A DNA stretch of 64,000 nucleotides from Phoronis australis (GCA_002633005.1 NMRA01000076.1:442800-506799); one strand, 5' to 3'. Shown: positions 26,201 to 37,905, counted from the first letter of the stretch. Program-made: numbers and translations. Notes: generated by a model from the letters alone, not told the origin.

Positions 26201-29200
26201 GCTGTTTTATAAACTTAGATGTAAAAACCTTGATCTATGCATTTTTTTGTAAAAAAAATCTGTGTGTTTGGGGNGGTGGGGGGTTACGCGTCGGAATCAT
26301 GGACGCCCTGGAATATTGGGAACCCCATTTTGGACTCCCTATTTTCAAAATCCTGGATAAAGGCCTGGTTTGGTGTAAATTTCATGTTTGATTTTCATCA
26401 ATTAAAAAACAAATTGTTAGACTTCTGGAAGCTATATGCATATTTGAATTACATTTAAAACCTCTAAGTCTGTGAAAGACATGGTTTTGGGAATTCTGCC
26501 TTTTTTTGTTAAACCGAAAATCCAAGGTGTATTTTTGAAATATTTCTTAAAGTATGTTTTTGTTTCTCAGGAACTAGTGCTGTAGACAAGGCATTTGTTG
26601 ACCAGTGGCTTGAGTATAAAGTAACTGTGATCGACAGGAGTCAGTCGAGCGCCGAAATTGAGACCTGTCTTAAGGTAAGAGAAATTGACCTTTGTATACA
26701 TTTAAGGCGTGCTAGGCAATATACATTAATGATGGCATTTGTACAAGTTGCTTTAGTCTGCTGTATGCCAAGGTAAAATGGAAACATGAAATGTGTAGTT
26801 TGATTTAGTGACATTTTTATCTTTTCTGATTATGGCCGATCATTTTGTTTTCTAGAGACATCGGCACGTTCCCAAAAATGCTTTTATGTTATATGTAGGT
26901 TATTGTTTACTACTGTGGCTGTTGATCATTTGAAGGGTTTCCTCACGTTTACACAGTAGTTTTGTGTCGTCCACTATTTCATCATGCTAATAATGCAATG
27001 TTTGTTTAACCTGAAATTACAGTACTAGTCACTTACAGGGGTCCCATATTTTGAGAACCAGTTTTGTCCACTGAATTAAAGGCATAAAACTGGTTCTTAA
27101 AGTACAGGGCCCCTGTAAGGGACTGTTGCTGAAATCATGAGTAGTGCACGTCTTTGTATCGTTATAAAGTACGGAAATTTCTCGCACATTTTCTTGTTGC
27201 AGAACCTGAACACATACCTTTCGGACAAGTTGTACTTTGTGGGTCATCAGCTGACCCTAGCTGACGTTGTCGTATTCTATGCATCTCATAGGATAGTGGT
27301 GAGCTCTAGTTTTCAGTGCTGATCAGAGTGGTGGGGTTGGGGAAGTGGAATGGATGAAGTTTACAATACTTGGGGAGTTTATTCTCAGAAAAAATCTACC
27401 AACTCTACACACTCCATAGTACAGTCGTGTAAATTCTTTCGCTCCATTGTAAAATCCTTTCTGTGTTAGCCTGTTGTTGTATCGTCTCCATCATCGTTCC
27501 TCTCAAATGTTCTAGCATTTTGTGACTAGACCATGATATGTCAATTTGCCTAAATTTTTAACTTCATAATTTCAGTCTTTTATTTCTACACATACCTGAA
27601 TATTGAATCCTAACTTATACCATAGGATCCTAGCCCTGGAATGCCTACTTCGATCTTGCGCTTTTGTTTGCATTGGTGTGTTCCAGTGTTGGTTATTCTT
27701 ATGGAGTTTGCTCTCACTAAAGCATTTCGCAACTGCGCCATTTTTCATCCAAATTGCATAAGAGTCATATCACTAGAAAGACCTTTGTTAGTTCACAGTG
27801 GTGCATGATTATAGCAGAAGCAAGCAATGAATAATTTAATTCATAAATAATCATCATTTCGCATAGGTGACAGGTTTAATTGTTTTTATTTTAAAAACCA
27901 AAATGCGAAAAATAATAGCGTGTAATAGCATTATGAAAAGAAAATGAAGAACTTATGTAATTAATTAAACCAGCAGGGAAATAATTTCAGTGATTCACGA
28001 AAGTTTTCTACCCTATCAAGACAAACATTGTAGAATATGTATCCCTCACAGTTGCTGTGAAGAATTTAGTCTGGCGTTAATCCAAAACTTTACATATTTG
28101 TATATTAATTGGACCTTTGGTGCTGTCTGATTGCAGTTCTTCAGTAAAAATTCAGGATGCAGTGACATTTACAAAAGAAACTAATTACTCCAACTAACTT
28201 GTAGCCAAAAAAAGAGTAGTCATCTATTGTGTAGATTTGAAATGAACTGTAGATAGATCATTACTTAAAAGGATATTAAACCCTGTTTTGATGATTTCCA
28301 CCAATCCTTGTCCTGTCACCTGCTAAAGCATCATTGGCGTTAATCTTCCAAGTTAAAAGCTGGAATCACACTCCCTGTCACAGATTAGACATTATGGTCT
28401 TTGGTGGGTGGTCTTTTCCTACAGTTATAGCCGTATAATTCACTAAGAGCGTAGGTTACTCTTGCCCGTTTATCAGACTTTGAAAGGAGTTTTCAAACTT
28501 TTCATCCAAACTTTTGAGGGTTGTCGATGGTTACAGAGCATTATTTTGTTTCTGAGAACTGGATGGGAAAGTTGTTTTTACATGTGTTAATGGGTCAGAA
28601 CTGGGTTTGGTATCCTTTTAAGTTGCGGTGTAGGAGTTTCCATAGTAGTTTGTAAATGAACTCATTTCTTCAGAAAGTAAAAATTAGTGTTCCTGATACA
28701 TGAAGTGTGAGTTAAAGTAAATAAGAGACAGTGGAACACATTTTTACAATTGTTATGCTACTAGAGAAAGTGGATTCTTAAAAATATCAGTATTCATGAC
28801 AAAGAGACAAATGAACACCTGTTCTGTAGTTCAACATCCGAGAATGAAAAAAAGGGACAACTGGGTTGAAAAGTGGGACTTCCAGATTTTTAACGGGGCA
28901 TCTGAGTCCATGCTAAAACGCAAGGGTGAAATGTTTGCCACAGCACACAGAAATATTCCGCCAGTGTCTTTGTCGAACAGGAGTGATTTTTAACTGCCGA
29001 AAATCTCTTGTTGAAAAACTGCTAGCATGTAGTTTGATAGGTTGTCGGAAGTGATTCTAAGACTGGAGAATGACCAATGTAATCGTCGGGTTTGTTGGCT
29101 AATTTTGCCGGAAAATTGCTGGTTGTCGAGAGCCATAGCTTAAGAGTCTCACTTGATGAACAAAAATGTCAAAATCAAAATGAAGCAATGAAACTGGGCT

Positions 29201-30032
29201 CGATTTGATACCTCCAACACTCAATCAAAACTGAGTAGAGCAAACAGCTGGAAATTCTCAGTGCAAACTCTCGCGGCTAGTCTCGGGATCACAAGTTCTA
29301 AGAATAGAAATCATTGGTCATGTGCTGGAGTTGGCATTCCAGAGCTAGAGTTTTAGGCTGATACATAGCCTACGAGACGTAACTTTGGAACCCAAGCAGC
29401 AAGTGAACAAGCTAAAACTCTTAATTTTGTTTTCAGGAAAATTTGTCTTTTTATGAAAAACAGAAATATAGGCACTTCAGCCGCTGGTTCAACCAGGTGA
29501 GTGATGGTACTCTGATTACCTTCATTTGTTTGGTCGTGTTTTTGTTAAGAACGACAGTGTTATCAGTTTGGTAGTTGTGAATTACTTGTATGACTTAAAA
29601 GTTGATAATAAAAGTAAGATAGGGTCAATATGTAATAACTTGCAAAAGATATATTTGTTGCTCTCATAATTGTGCTAAAACTGTATCGAAGCTTGACTGA
29701 AATTTTCAGCTGCCAACTGGATTTCCAACTTGACAGAGTCAGTCCTGCATTCCCCCGTTACTTCAAGAACCAGTCTTTTCCCTGGATATTGTTATTCCTG
29801 AATAATTCACATGACAATGGTAGTTATTAGAGAAAAGCTACCTGTTAGGATATGAAGTAGTACTTTTACTATATAATTTGGTGCTTAAATTTTTTAACAT
29901 GACATTGTACGATTCTTATCGTTGCTATATTGATGTTAACTGCAGGTTCAAAATGTTGAAGGTGTGAGGAATTCTCTGGCAGAAATACCGTTCCAGCGAA
30001 ACGATCTCTACACAATCGGGATGGCTCACTGA
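17194..30032 (+). CDS. EEF1E1: Eukaryotic translation elongation factor 1 epsilon-1 (AIMP3/p18, multisynthetase complex GST-like subunit), 172 aa, 6 coding exons
   Basis: Exons 17194-17271, 21215-21308 (or 25202-25295), 22143-22246 (or 26571-26674), 22776-22871 (or 27203-27298), 29437-29496, 29946-30032 splice in frame. Translation MTFELQHLSTFLG...AVAKHLVQKAKKNSLLGTSAVDKAFVDQWLEYKVT...LKNLNTYLSDKxYFVGHxLTLADVVVFY...EKQKYRHFSRWFNQVQ...PFQRNDLY matches AIMP3 motifs QWLEY, LNxYLxDKVY, TLAD and SRWF. Confidence 0.93.
17542..17974. mobile_element. Foldback MITE with ~190-bp inverted arms built of ACACGG/CACGGAC subrepeats, 5-bp TSD AGTAT
   Basis: CAAGGTACCTAAACTACACGGTCAACGGACTC... is mirrored by ...GAGTCCGTTGACCGTGTAGTTTAGGTACCTTG; ~38-bp loop; AGTAT at 17537-17541 and 17975-17979. 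Confidence 0.9.
18692..18782. mobile_element. Palindromic MITE (TTTTGAGAACCAG core family), centrally deleted copy
   Basis: Inverted arms; CTGCCC on both flanks. Confidence 0.7.
20344..20975 (-). mobile_element. Non-autonomous DNA transposon carrying the N-terminal remnant of a SWIM/YqaJ-exonuclease-type accessory ORF (ISL2EU-like)
   Basis: Imperfect TIRs GACCTAC.G..AGCT / AGCTTGCAGTAGGTC; frameshifted peptide ...ESYVYDV...VRGKVFRSQRKSEEPH resembles the pre-SWIM region of such proteins from recall. Second copy at ~24331-24962. Confidence 0.55.
21215..21308 (+). CDS. EEF1E1: EEF1E1 exon 2, copy 1
   Basis: 94 nt, LVLIQNGKTQLRGQSAVAKHLVQKAKKNSLL; TTGCAG/GTAAG. Confidence 0.85.
22143..22246 (+). 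CDS. EEF1E1: EEF1E1 exon 3, copy 1
   Basis: 104 nt, contains DQWLEYKVT. Confidence 0.88.
22593..22704. mobile_element. 112-bp palindromic MITE (TTTTGAGAACCAG core family)
   Basis: Inverted arms AGTCACTTACAG/CTGTAAGTGACT; flanks AAATTA/AAATCA; duplicate at 27020-27131. Confidence 0.75.
22776..22871 (+). CDS. EEF1E1: EEF1E1 exon 4, copy 1
   Basis: 96 nt, NLNTYLSDKVYFVGHHLTLADVVVFYASLRIV. Confidence 0.88.
23139..23452 (+). mobile_element. Helentron-associated/DINE-1-like non-autonomous element, truncated by the gap
   Basis: Begins in a T-run, has a subterminal hairpin (ATGCGCCCACATAT..ATATGTGGACGCAT), a CGTC-type microsatellite and repeated TTCATGAAATTTGG motifs; absent at the equivalent site near 27560. 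Confidence 0.6.
25202..25295 (+). CDS. EEF1E1: EEF1E1 exon 2, copy 2
   Basis: Same peptide as 21215-21308. Confidence 0.85.
25955..26367. mobile_element. hAT-type MITE, 8-bp TSD GTTTGGTG, polymorphic
   Basis: Same family as 15707-16194; TSD at 25947-25954 and 26368-26375; single GTTTGGTG at the empty site near 21958-21965. Confidence 0.92.
26571..26674 (+). CDS. EEF1E1: EEF1E1 exon 3, copy 2
   Basis: 104 nt, AFVDQWLEYKVT. Confidence 0.88.
27203..27298 (+). CDS. EEF1E1: EEF1E1 exon 4, copy 2
   Basis: 96 nt, NLNTYLSDKLYFVGHQLTLADVVVFYASHRIV. Confidence 0.88.
29437..29496 (+). CDS. EEF1E1: EEF1E1 exon 5 (ENLSFYEKQKYRHFSRWFNQ)
   Basis: 60 nt, TTTCAG/GTGAG, SRWF motif. Confidence 0.92.
29946..30032 (+). 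CDS. EEF1E1: EEF1E1 last coding exon (VQNVEGVRNSLAEIPFQRNDLYTIGMAH*)
   Basis: TGCAG acceptor, TGA at 30030-30032; resembles the AIMP3 C-terminus. Confidence 0.9.
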   Translation, partial: VQNVEGVRNSLAEIPFQRNDLYTIGMAH

Positions 30033-30651
30033 CAGGTACCTGTTGTTACGCTTACTCTGATCCTTGTGCAGACTGGGCAGGAGGTAGACGAAGATGAAGA
30101 AAACGTGTATGGATGATGAATCGGTCAAAGTTCAAAGTTCACTAAAGGATTGGTGGCATGTTACACTTCCTCTATGTTAAAACCAATGCTTGTCTATAGC
30201 TTTCAGTTCTCAATCTGGTTTGATGACGGAGTGAGAGCGTTTGTTATCAGCATCACATAGTGAATGCTGAGTCTCCCATACACATCCCACATCTTTGGTT
30301 AAGTTGTGAGCTCTCATTCAGATTATCACATCATTCGTGTTAGGGCTAATGTAGTTTGGAGTATGACCTGATTAAGGTCGTATTGCTCTTCTGGACCCAT
30401 TGGTGAGATGAGCGTTCTGGTGCTTTTTTGTAGTTATGGGATCACAGACCCCTCCAGGTTATCGAAATATTTTTGTACTAACAATATGTGAGGCACCAGT
30501 TTGTTAAGCGTGGCTTTTGTGATCTGGTAAATGTGCACGACTTCTTATTTTGTGTCAGTCATTCTCAAAAACTTGCTCTAATCGTGTCATTGATTTTCCT
30601 GTGTTCACAAGTTTAACTCTTTTCATGAAAGTCAATCTCATTAAGAAAGAC

Positions 30652-30657
30652 AATAAA
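30652..30657 (+). terminator. Candidate polyadenylation signal (AATAAA) of EEF1E1
   Basis: AATAAA ~620 nt after the stop, followed by T-rich sequence; position only. Confidence 0.4.
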
Positions 30658-30699
30658 ATATCATTACAAATTTGAATTTTTTAAATTTTTTTAAAAAGG

Positions 30700-30907
30700 A
30701 AACATGCCATAGCCAAGGGCTAATATACAGTATGGTCTTGAACAGGTTCTCATTCACTTCCTTGCACACATTCACAAGTAATACCGAGCTCAAAGAAATA
30801 GGAGACACCTTTGTGCAATGCTGGAATGTCAGCCAGTGAAGCCAGGATTTGAACCCAGGTCTCTCATGAGGGAGTCCAGAGCTCTAACCACAGAGCCACA
30901 CTGTCTC
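30700..30907 (-). mobile_element. tRNA-derived SINE
   Basis: The minus-strand head has A-box TGGCTCTGTGG and B-box GGTTCAAATCC at tRNA-like spacing but no proper cloverleaf; 3' boundary approximate. Confidence 0.65.
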
Positions 30908-30984
30908 AAAAGAATGAGACCCTTTACATAATGGTAAAGAGGGGCAGAAACATCATTCAGCACCAAGAAAAGTAGGAAACGCCA

Positions 30985-31335
30985 CTTGCAGGTGCATTGC
31001 AGGAAAACCTTTTCTGCATATGAATGCATCTCTGGTCTCCCTATTGACTCCATTGATCTTGATATAAGTGCCATCTATGGCACCTATGACACCTGGAATG
31101 CCAGCAATACGCTGGTACTCCCTTACTATGCTTGACCGCGAGACACGTGAGGTCCCAGTCAAGTCCTTACGACAATTCCATGTTATGATTTATGCCATGG
31201 TCCGAATTTTTTGCCGGCTCATCCAAAAATTTGCAAAAGTAGCCAAAGACGTTATCCCATGTTTACGCAACTCGTTTACAATTCAATGAAGAGGGCCGAG
31301 TGTTTAACTTGATTTGGAAATAACCAAATAACGGT
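30985..31335 (-). mobile_element. PIF/Harbinger (HARBI1-like) transposase fragment
   Basis: IAGIPGVIGAIDGTYIKI...FICRKGFPAMHLQV is the GxxDGTH/RKG signature around the first catalytic Asp; truncated. Confidence 0.88.
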
Positions 31336-32534
31336 CGGATTTGCACAAGTGGCAGGTATCTACTTGCCACCAAAGGCTAGCCTAGGCTCACGTTCTTGGG
31401 GCTTTCCAGGTGGCATGTTGCGACTTGATACGGCTTGCATTTCCAAATTTTAGGTCACGAATTTCTAGCGCCGAGTTGAATACCGACACAGAACTAGCCA
31501 TAAAATATTAAGTATGAATACTTGCTGTTGAGTAATGTCCTTGCAGTAACTTTTGATTGACGACTGGCTCATGTCCGATTACCTCCGATTTTCATTTTCA
31601 TTTGTGTAGCGTATTTCACGCAATGGCAACTGAAGTTAGCCATGCCGGGCATTTGAGAAAAGACAGCTGCACTAAACCTTACACTGACAGTTCATTGGGT
31701 TGCGGATTCTATAACATTAACATTCCCAACCATAAAGAACATCTGAGGTAGTTTTTCAAACATTTATTTTGTCAAACAACTCATTAATTGCTCTCTGAAC
31801 TCAGAACTTTACAGCTAATACGCAAATAATTCTACTGATGTCACGGGACCACTGTGGCCATAAATTTAATTCTTATTATGTAACCTCTGCAACACGTGAA
31901 GATTGCACGCGCACTTCATCGTGTGAGAATAATTGCAATCAAACTGGGGCACTGTATAGTCATTTGTCATCTGCGCACTACAGTCATTAGAATCAGATCT
32001 AACAAGGCTACGGGACGGCACGGTACTGTTACTCCGCACTTTTGTAAATTTATTCAAGTAGTACTAATCTGAAGATAACAGAACCTTGTTGGGAAAATTC
32101 GCTGTTATGACAATTTTACCGCCATTTGGCGACACACTGTAAAATCTTATAGCTATTTCCACATTTTCTGTCGCCAAAATGGCGATCTGAAAAACGACTT
32201 TTCGAGCTCTATGCTAGCGTAGTAAAGCAAATAACGGATTCCGATCACCTGAATAGAATTGGCGCTTATTGATTTGTGTTCTTTTATAAGAATGAAAATT
32301 TCCCTTTTACCGATCCAAAAAGCTTGTACGAAGTATTTTTTCCGACGTAAATATGTGTACGAACTATTTTTCCCTCGGACGCCTACTGTACGAACTATTG
32401 GAGACAAACGGCATGTTTCAAAGCTCCTGTACGAACTAATAGAGTGTACGAATTAATAGAGAGAACACCGTACTACAATTCCTTATGACTAACTTGGGGT
32501 GTATTACATAATACTCAATTCTCTGGACTACTCC

Positions 32535-33077
32535 TGTATAAACATGTCGATTTCAAGGAGACAAAAGATCAAGCGTTCTTTTTACTACTTTCTATTCCAG
32601 AGATCACTACGCTACGACTTTACAATAAACACAATAGATGTCACTCTATGTGCTACATCCCCCTTTCTTTAACAACTAAAGTTCGTAGCAATAAAGGGTG
32701 TTGCTAGAGCTTCACGCTCAGTCTGAGATTATCTTGTCTCTACGTTGGTCAAAGCATAACTACTGAACGCAATTGGCTTTCCATCTTGCGTTAGGACGGC
32801 TGCCTCGTCGGACTAAGTCGACAAGCCAGTCGAGACTTCGTAGTTCCTGTACGACAGTTTAAAAAAGTCCCAGTTTCCAAGAACGTCACCTTTGTAGTCC
32901 ATGGGCGCTGGGGGTGGGAGATGGCGTACGTTTTCCGCCATGGTCCTGACACCATGTATAAATATGTCGATTTCAAGGAGAAAAAAGATCAAGCATTCTT
33001 TTTACTACTTTCTATTCCAGAGATCACTACGCTACGACTTTACAATAAACACAAAAGATGTCACTCTATGTGCTACA
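32535..33077 (-). mobile_element. Gypsy-derived TRIM (543 bp), copy 1
   Basis: 123-bp LTRs TG...CA at 32955-33077 and 32535-32657; PBS TGGTGTCAGGA (32944-32954); PPT AAAGAAAGGGGGA (32658-32670); 5-bp TSD ACTCC. Confidence 0.9.
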
Positions 33078-33471
33078 ACTCCTACATGCAGTCACACTAA
33101 ACCACTCGGATCTGAGATCCATGCTCTTAACACTCTCCCTTGATCTCATATTTGTCACATTTATTATGCAGTCTTTAATAAAAAACATCATTACCAAAAA
33201 CATAGTACACAAACTTCTTTAGTTTCACTTATACAACAACTTCATCAACATATCTGTNTGATTTGTGTTCTTTTATAAGAATGAAAATTTCCCTTTTACC
33301 GATCCAAAAAGCTTGTACGAAGTATTTTTTCCGATGTAAATATGTGTACGAACTATTTTTCCCTCGGACGCCTACTGTACGAACTATTGGAGACAAACGG
33401 CATGTTTCAAGGCTCCTGTACGAACTACTAGAGTGTACGAATTAATAGAGAAAACACCGTACTACAATTCC

Positions 33472-34880
33472 TTATGACTAACTTGGGGTGTATTACATAA
33501 TGCTCAATTCTCTGGACTACTCCTGTATAAATATGTCGATTTCAAGGAGACAAAAAATCAAGTGTTCTTTTTACTACTTTCTATTCCAGAGATCACTACG
33601 CTACGACTTTATAATAAACACAATAGATGTCACTCTATGTGCTACATCCCCCTTTCTTTAACAACTAAAGTTCGTAGCAATAAAGGGTGTTGCTAGAGCT
33701 TCATGCTCAGTCAGATTATCTTGTCTCTACGTTGGTCAAAGCATGACTACTGAACGCAATTGGCTTTCCGTCTTGCGTTAGAACGGCTGCCTCGTCGGAC
33801 TGAGTCGACAAGCCAATCGCGACTTCGTAGTTCCTGTACGACAGTTTAAATAAGTTCCAGTTTCCGGGAACGTCGCCTTTGTAGTCCATTGGCGCTGGGG
33901 ATGGGAGATGGCGTACGTTTTCCGCCATGGTCCTGACACCATGTATAAATATGTCGATTTCAAGGAGACAAAAGATCAAGCATTCTTTTTAATACTTTCT
34001 TTTCCAGAGATCACTACGCTACGACTTTACAATAAACACAATAGATGTCACTCTATGTGCTACAACTCCTACATGCAGTCACACTAAACCACTCGGATAT
34101 GAGATCATACTCTTAACGCTTTCCCTTGATCTCATATTTGTCACATTTATTATGCAATCTTTAATCAAAAACTTCATTACCAAAAACATAGTACACAAAC
34201 TTCTTTAGTTTCACTTATACAACAACTTCATCAACATATCTGTCATGTTTTCTGAAGATGGAATATACAATAGGTTTACAGAACATTTCTCAACTTCTCT
34301 TATAAAATGATACTTGATATCAATATGCTTCGATCATTGATGAGTCACATTATTCTTACACAGTGCAATTGTTCCTTNNNNNNNNNNNNNNNNNNNNNNN
34401 NNNNNNNNNNNNNNNNNNNNNNNNNNNNNNNNNNNNNNTTTTCGTTTTCTTCAAATGACTTTGATTTCACTTTGAAGTCTCCGAAAGTTATTTTTTCATT
34501 GTTCTGAGACACATAAACGATGAAGGGTTCAAATTTTTCTGGCAATCCCTTCGTGACCTTTGCGATTAACAAGCTATCGCTTATAACCTCTTTCGCTGTT
34601 CGCAGGTAAGTTGCGGCACGTTCTGCTCTGATCAGATAGTCTGTCAGAGACTCATTTGATTGCATTTTTAGTGCTGTCAGTTCGTTGTACAGCCCAATTA
34701 TTCTTGGCTTACTGCACTCAGTATAATGGTCTCGCAAAATTTTGAGTGCTTCACGATCATTATTTTTTGCATCTCGGATTATCAAGTTCAAACTTTTGTC
34801 GTCCAAGTATTGAACTAGTTCACGGAATGCTTTTTCATTCTTCTCATCATCAACGGTTTCTGCGTCGGATTCAATTATAG
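33472..34880 (-). mobile_element. Internally deleted Copia element, array unit 1
   Basis: Copia gag (LDDKSLNLIIRDAKNN.REALKILRDHY...ESLTDYLIRAE...KGLPEKFEPF), RNase H motif SKHIDIKYHFIRE, PPT and LTR remnant; gap at 34378-34438. Confidence 0.85.
33524..34064 (-). mobile_element. Gypsy-derived TRIM, copy 2, with a 70-aa gag/RNaseH fusion ORF (33716-33928)
   Basis: LTRs at 33942-34064 and 33524-33646, PBS, PPT, TSD ACTCC; ORF MAENVRHLPSPAPMDYKGDVPGNWNLFK... joined to AVLTQDGKPIAFSSHALTNVETR. Confidence 0.9.
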
Positions 34881-35130
34881 CTCTGTGTGTTGGGTAGGTT
34901 AGAAAGTCTTATAGTGATAAAGAATGTATTTAGCTGTGCTCCAACATCCTCCAACAGATTGGCGATGAAGTTTGGAAATTGACACAAATCTTAGACTTAA
35001 GTTAAAAGTGAACTTTTGTCACAATCAACCGACGCATGACCAAAGGAAATTGGTCAACCATTGAAACTTTTTGGGGTGCAATGAATCCTGTCTTGTTTTG
35101 TTTCACCAGCCGCCTTTCTTTGATGCAGAG

Positions 35131-36445
35131 TGTTGGTCTGCTAGCAGTGAAAGGCATTCTGCTCGATGTGGAACGTTGAATGCGCGATGCAGTGCGAGAA
35201 TGCGGTCGAAGGATAATACTAGTCCGATGGAGGATAATATTGTTTTATTGCAACCTCTTCTACTGATATTACTGAGTCTAATACAATGCATGCGATCATA
35301 CACTTATATAGTGACATACATGAATCATAACAGGATATACCATACAAACATGTTTACTTCAATTCCATATGACTAACTTGCGGGTGTATTACATAATACC
35401 TAATTCTCTGGACTACTCCTACATGCAGTCACACTAAACCACTCGGATATGAGATCGTACTCTTAATGCTTTCCCTTGATCTCATATTCGTCACATTTAT
35501 TATGCAATGTTTAATCAAAAACTTCATTACCAAAAACATAGTACACAAACTTCTTTAGTTTCACTTATACAACAACTTCATCAACATATCTGTCATGTTT
35601 TCTGAAGATGGAATATACAATAGGTTTACAGAACATCTCAACTTCTCTTATAAAATGATACTTGATATCACTATGCTTCGATCATTGATGAGTCGCATTA
35701 TTCTTACACAATGCAACTGTGCCTTGTTTGTTACCCTACAATATTGGACAATACACATCAATTTGTTTCTCTATGCACATTAACAATTGTTTCAAAATAA
35801 TTCTTGATTAGAATTTGACATCGCCATATATTCGGCAGTCCTCAAAGTTGTGCAAGCTGTTTTTACATAGTCTGCACCATCTTGTTCGCGTCCTACAATC
35901 TTGTGCCTTATGCCCTTTTCGACCACATGTCCAACATTCCATTGGTTTGTTCCGTTGCTAGGTCGCCAACCTCATCACAGTGTCTTCTGCATGTTGTCTA
36001 GCATTTTCGTTTTCTTCAAGTGATTTTGATTTCACTTTGAAGTCTCCGAAAGTTATTTTTTCATTGTTCTGAGACACATGAACGATGAAGGGTTCAAACT
36101 TTTCTGGCAATCCCTTCGTGGCCTTTGCGACTAACAAGCTATCGCTTATAACCTCTTTCGCTGTTCGCAGATAACTTGCGGCACGTTCTGCTCTGATCAG
36201 ATAGTCTGTCAGAGATTCGTTTGCTTGCATTTTTATTGCCCCCAGTTCGATGTACAGCCCAATTATTCTTGGCTCACTGCACCCAGTATAATGTTCTCGC
36301 AAAATTTTGAGTGCCTCACGACCGTTATTTTTTGCATCTGGGATTATCAAGTTCAAACTTTTGTCGTCCAAGTATTGAACTAGTTCACAGAATGCTTTTT
36401 CATTCTCATCATCAATGGTTTCTGAGTCGGATTCAATTATAGCTG
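35131..36445 (-). mobile_element. Internally deleted Copia element, array unit 2 (3' LTR ~35131-35468, no TRIM)
   Basis: gag, CCHC knuckle CWTCGRKGHKAQDC and RNase H C-terminus; LTR has TATATAA and AATAAA and ends ...CCAACA. Confidence 0.88.
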
Positions 36446-36692
36446 TGTGTGTTGAGTAGGTTAGAAAGTCTTATAGTGATAAAGAATGTATTTAGCTTTG
36501 CTCCAACATCCTCCAACAGATTGGCGATGAAGTTTGGAAGTTGATACAAATCATAGACTTAAGTTAAAAGTGAACTTTTGTCACAATCAACTGACGCATG
36601 ACCAGAGGAAATTGGTCAATCAGTGAAACACTATGGGGTGCAATGAATCCTGTCTTGTTTTGTTTCACCAGCTGCCTTTCTTTGATGCTGAG

Positions 36693-37905
36693 TGTTGGTC
36701 TGCTAGCAGTGAAAGGCATTCTGCTCGATGTGGAACGTTGAATGCGCGATGCAGTGCGAGAATGCGGTCGAAGGATAATACTAGTCCGATGGAGGGTAAT
36801 GTTTTATTGCAACCTCTTCTACTGATACTACTGAGTCTAATACAATGCATGCGATCATACACTTATATAGTGACATACGTGAATCATAACAGGATATACC
36901 ATACAAACATGTTTACTACAATTCCTTGTGACTAACTTGGGGGTGTATTACATAGTACTCAATTCTCTGGACTACTCCTACATGCAGTCACACTAAACCA
37001 CTCGGATATGAGTTCATACTCTTAACGCTTTCCCTTGATCTCATATTCGTCACATTTATTATGCAATCTTTAATCAAAAATTTCATTACCAAAATCGTAG
37101 TTCATAAACTTCTTTAGATTCACTTTAGACAACAACTTCGTAAACATATCTGCATTGTTTTCTGAAGATGGAATATACAATAGGTTTACAGAACATCTCA
37201 ACTTCTTCTCTTATAAAATGATACTTGATATCAATATGCTTCGATCATTGATGAGTCACATTATTCTTACACAATACACATCAATTTGTTTCTCATGCAC
37301 ATTAACAATTGTTTCAAAATAATTCTTGAATAGAATTTGACATCGCCATATATTCGGCAATCCTCAAAGTTGTGCAAGCTGTTTTTACATAGTCTGCACC
37401 ATCTTGTTCGCGTCCTACAATCTTGTGCCTTATGCCCTTTTCGACCACATGTCCAACATTCCAATTGGTTTGTTCCGTTGCTAGGTTGCCAACCCTTGTC
37501 ACGGTGTCTTCTGTATGTTGTCTAGCATTTCCGTTTTCTTCAAATGACTTTGATTTCACTTTGAAGTCTCCGAAAGTTATTTTTTCATTGTTCTGAGACA
37601 CATGAACGATGAAGGGTTCAATTTTTTCTGGCAATCCCTTTGTGGCCTTTGCGATTAACAAGGTTAGAGACTCAATTACTTGCATTTTTAGTGCCCCCAG
37701 TTCGCTGTACAGCCCAATTATTCTTGGCCTACTGCACCCAGTATAATGTTCTCGCAAAATTTTGAGTGCCTCGCGACCGTTATTTTTCGCATCTGGGATT
37801 ATCAAGTTCAAACTTATGTCGTCCAAGTATTGAACTAGTTCACAAAATGCTTTTTCATTCTTCTCATCATCAACGGTTTCTGTGTCAGATTCAATTATAA
37901 CTCTG
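36693..37905 (-). mobile_element. Internally deleted Copia element, array unit 3 (extra deletion in gag)
   Basis: Same structure; lacks the DYLIRAERAA...DS segment. Confidence 0.88.

Larger units (their letters stand above)
23937..27562. repeat. Duplicate of 19950-23139 (EEF1E1 exons 2-4), after the gap at 23453-23936
   Basis: Collinear, high-identity match with copy-specific TE insertions. Confidence 0.92.

Noticed and set aside
30838-30907. tRNA gene
   Set aside because: A and B boxes are present but the acceptor and anticodon stems do not pair properly and the sequence continues into a SINE-like body.
34881-35130. Array spacer as a LINE C-terminal or other coding remnant
   Set aside because: Stops in the candidate frames and no motif I can confidently assign; left unclassified.
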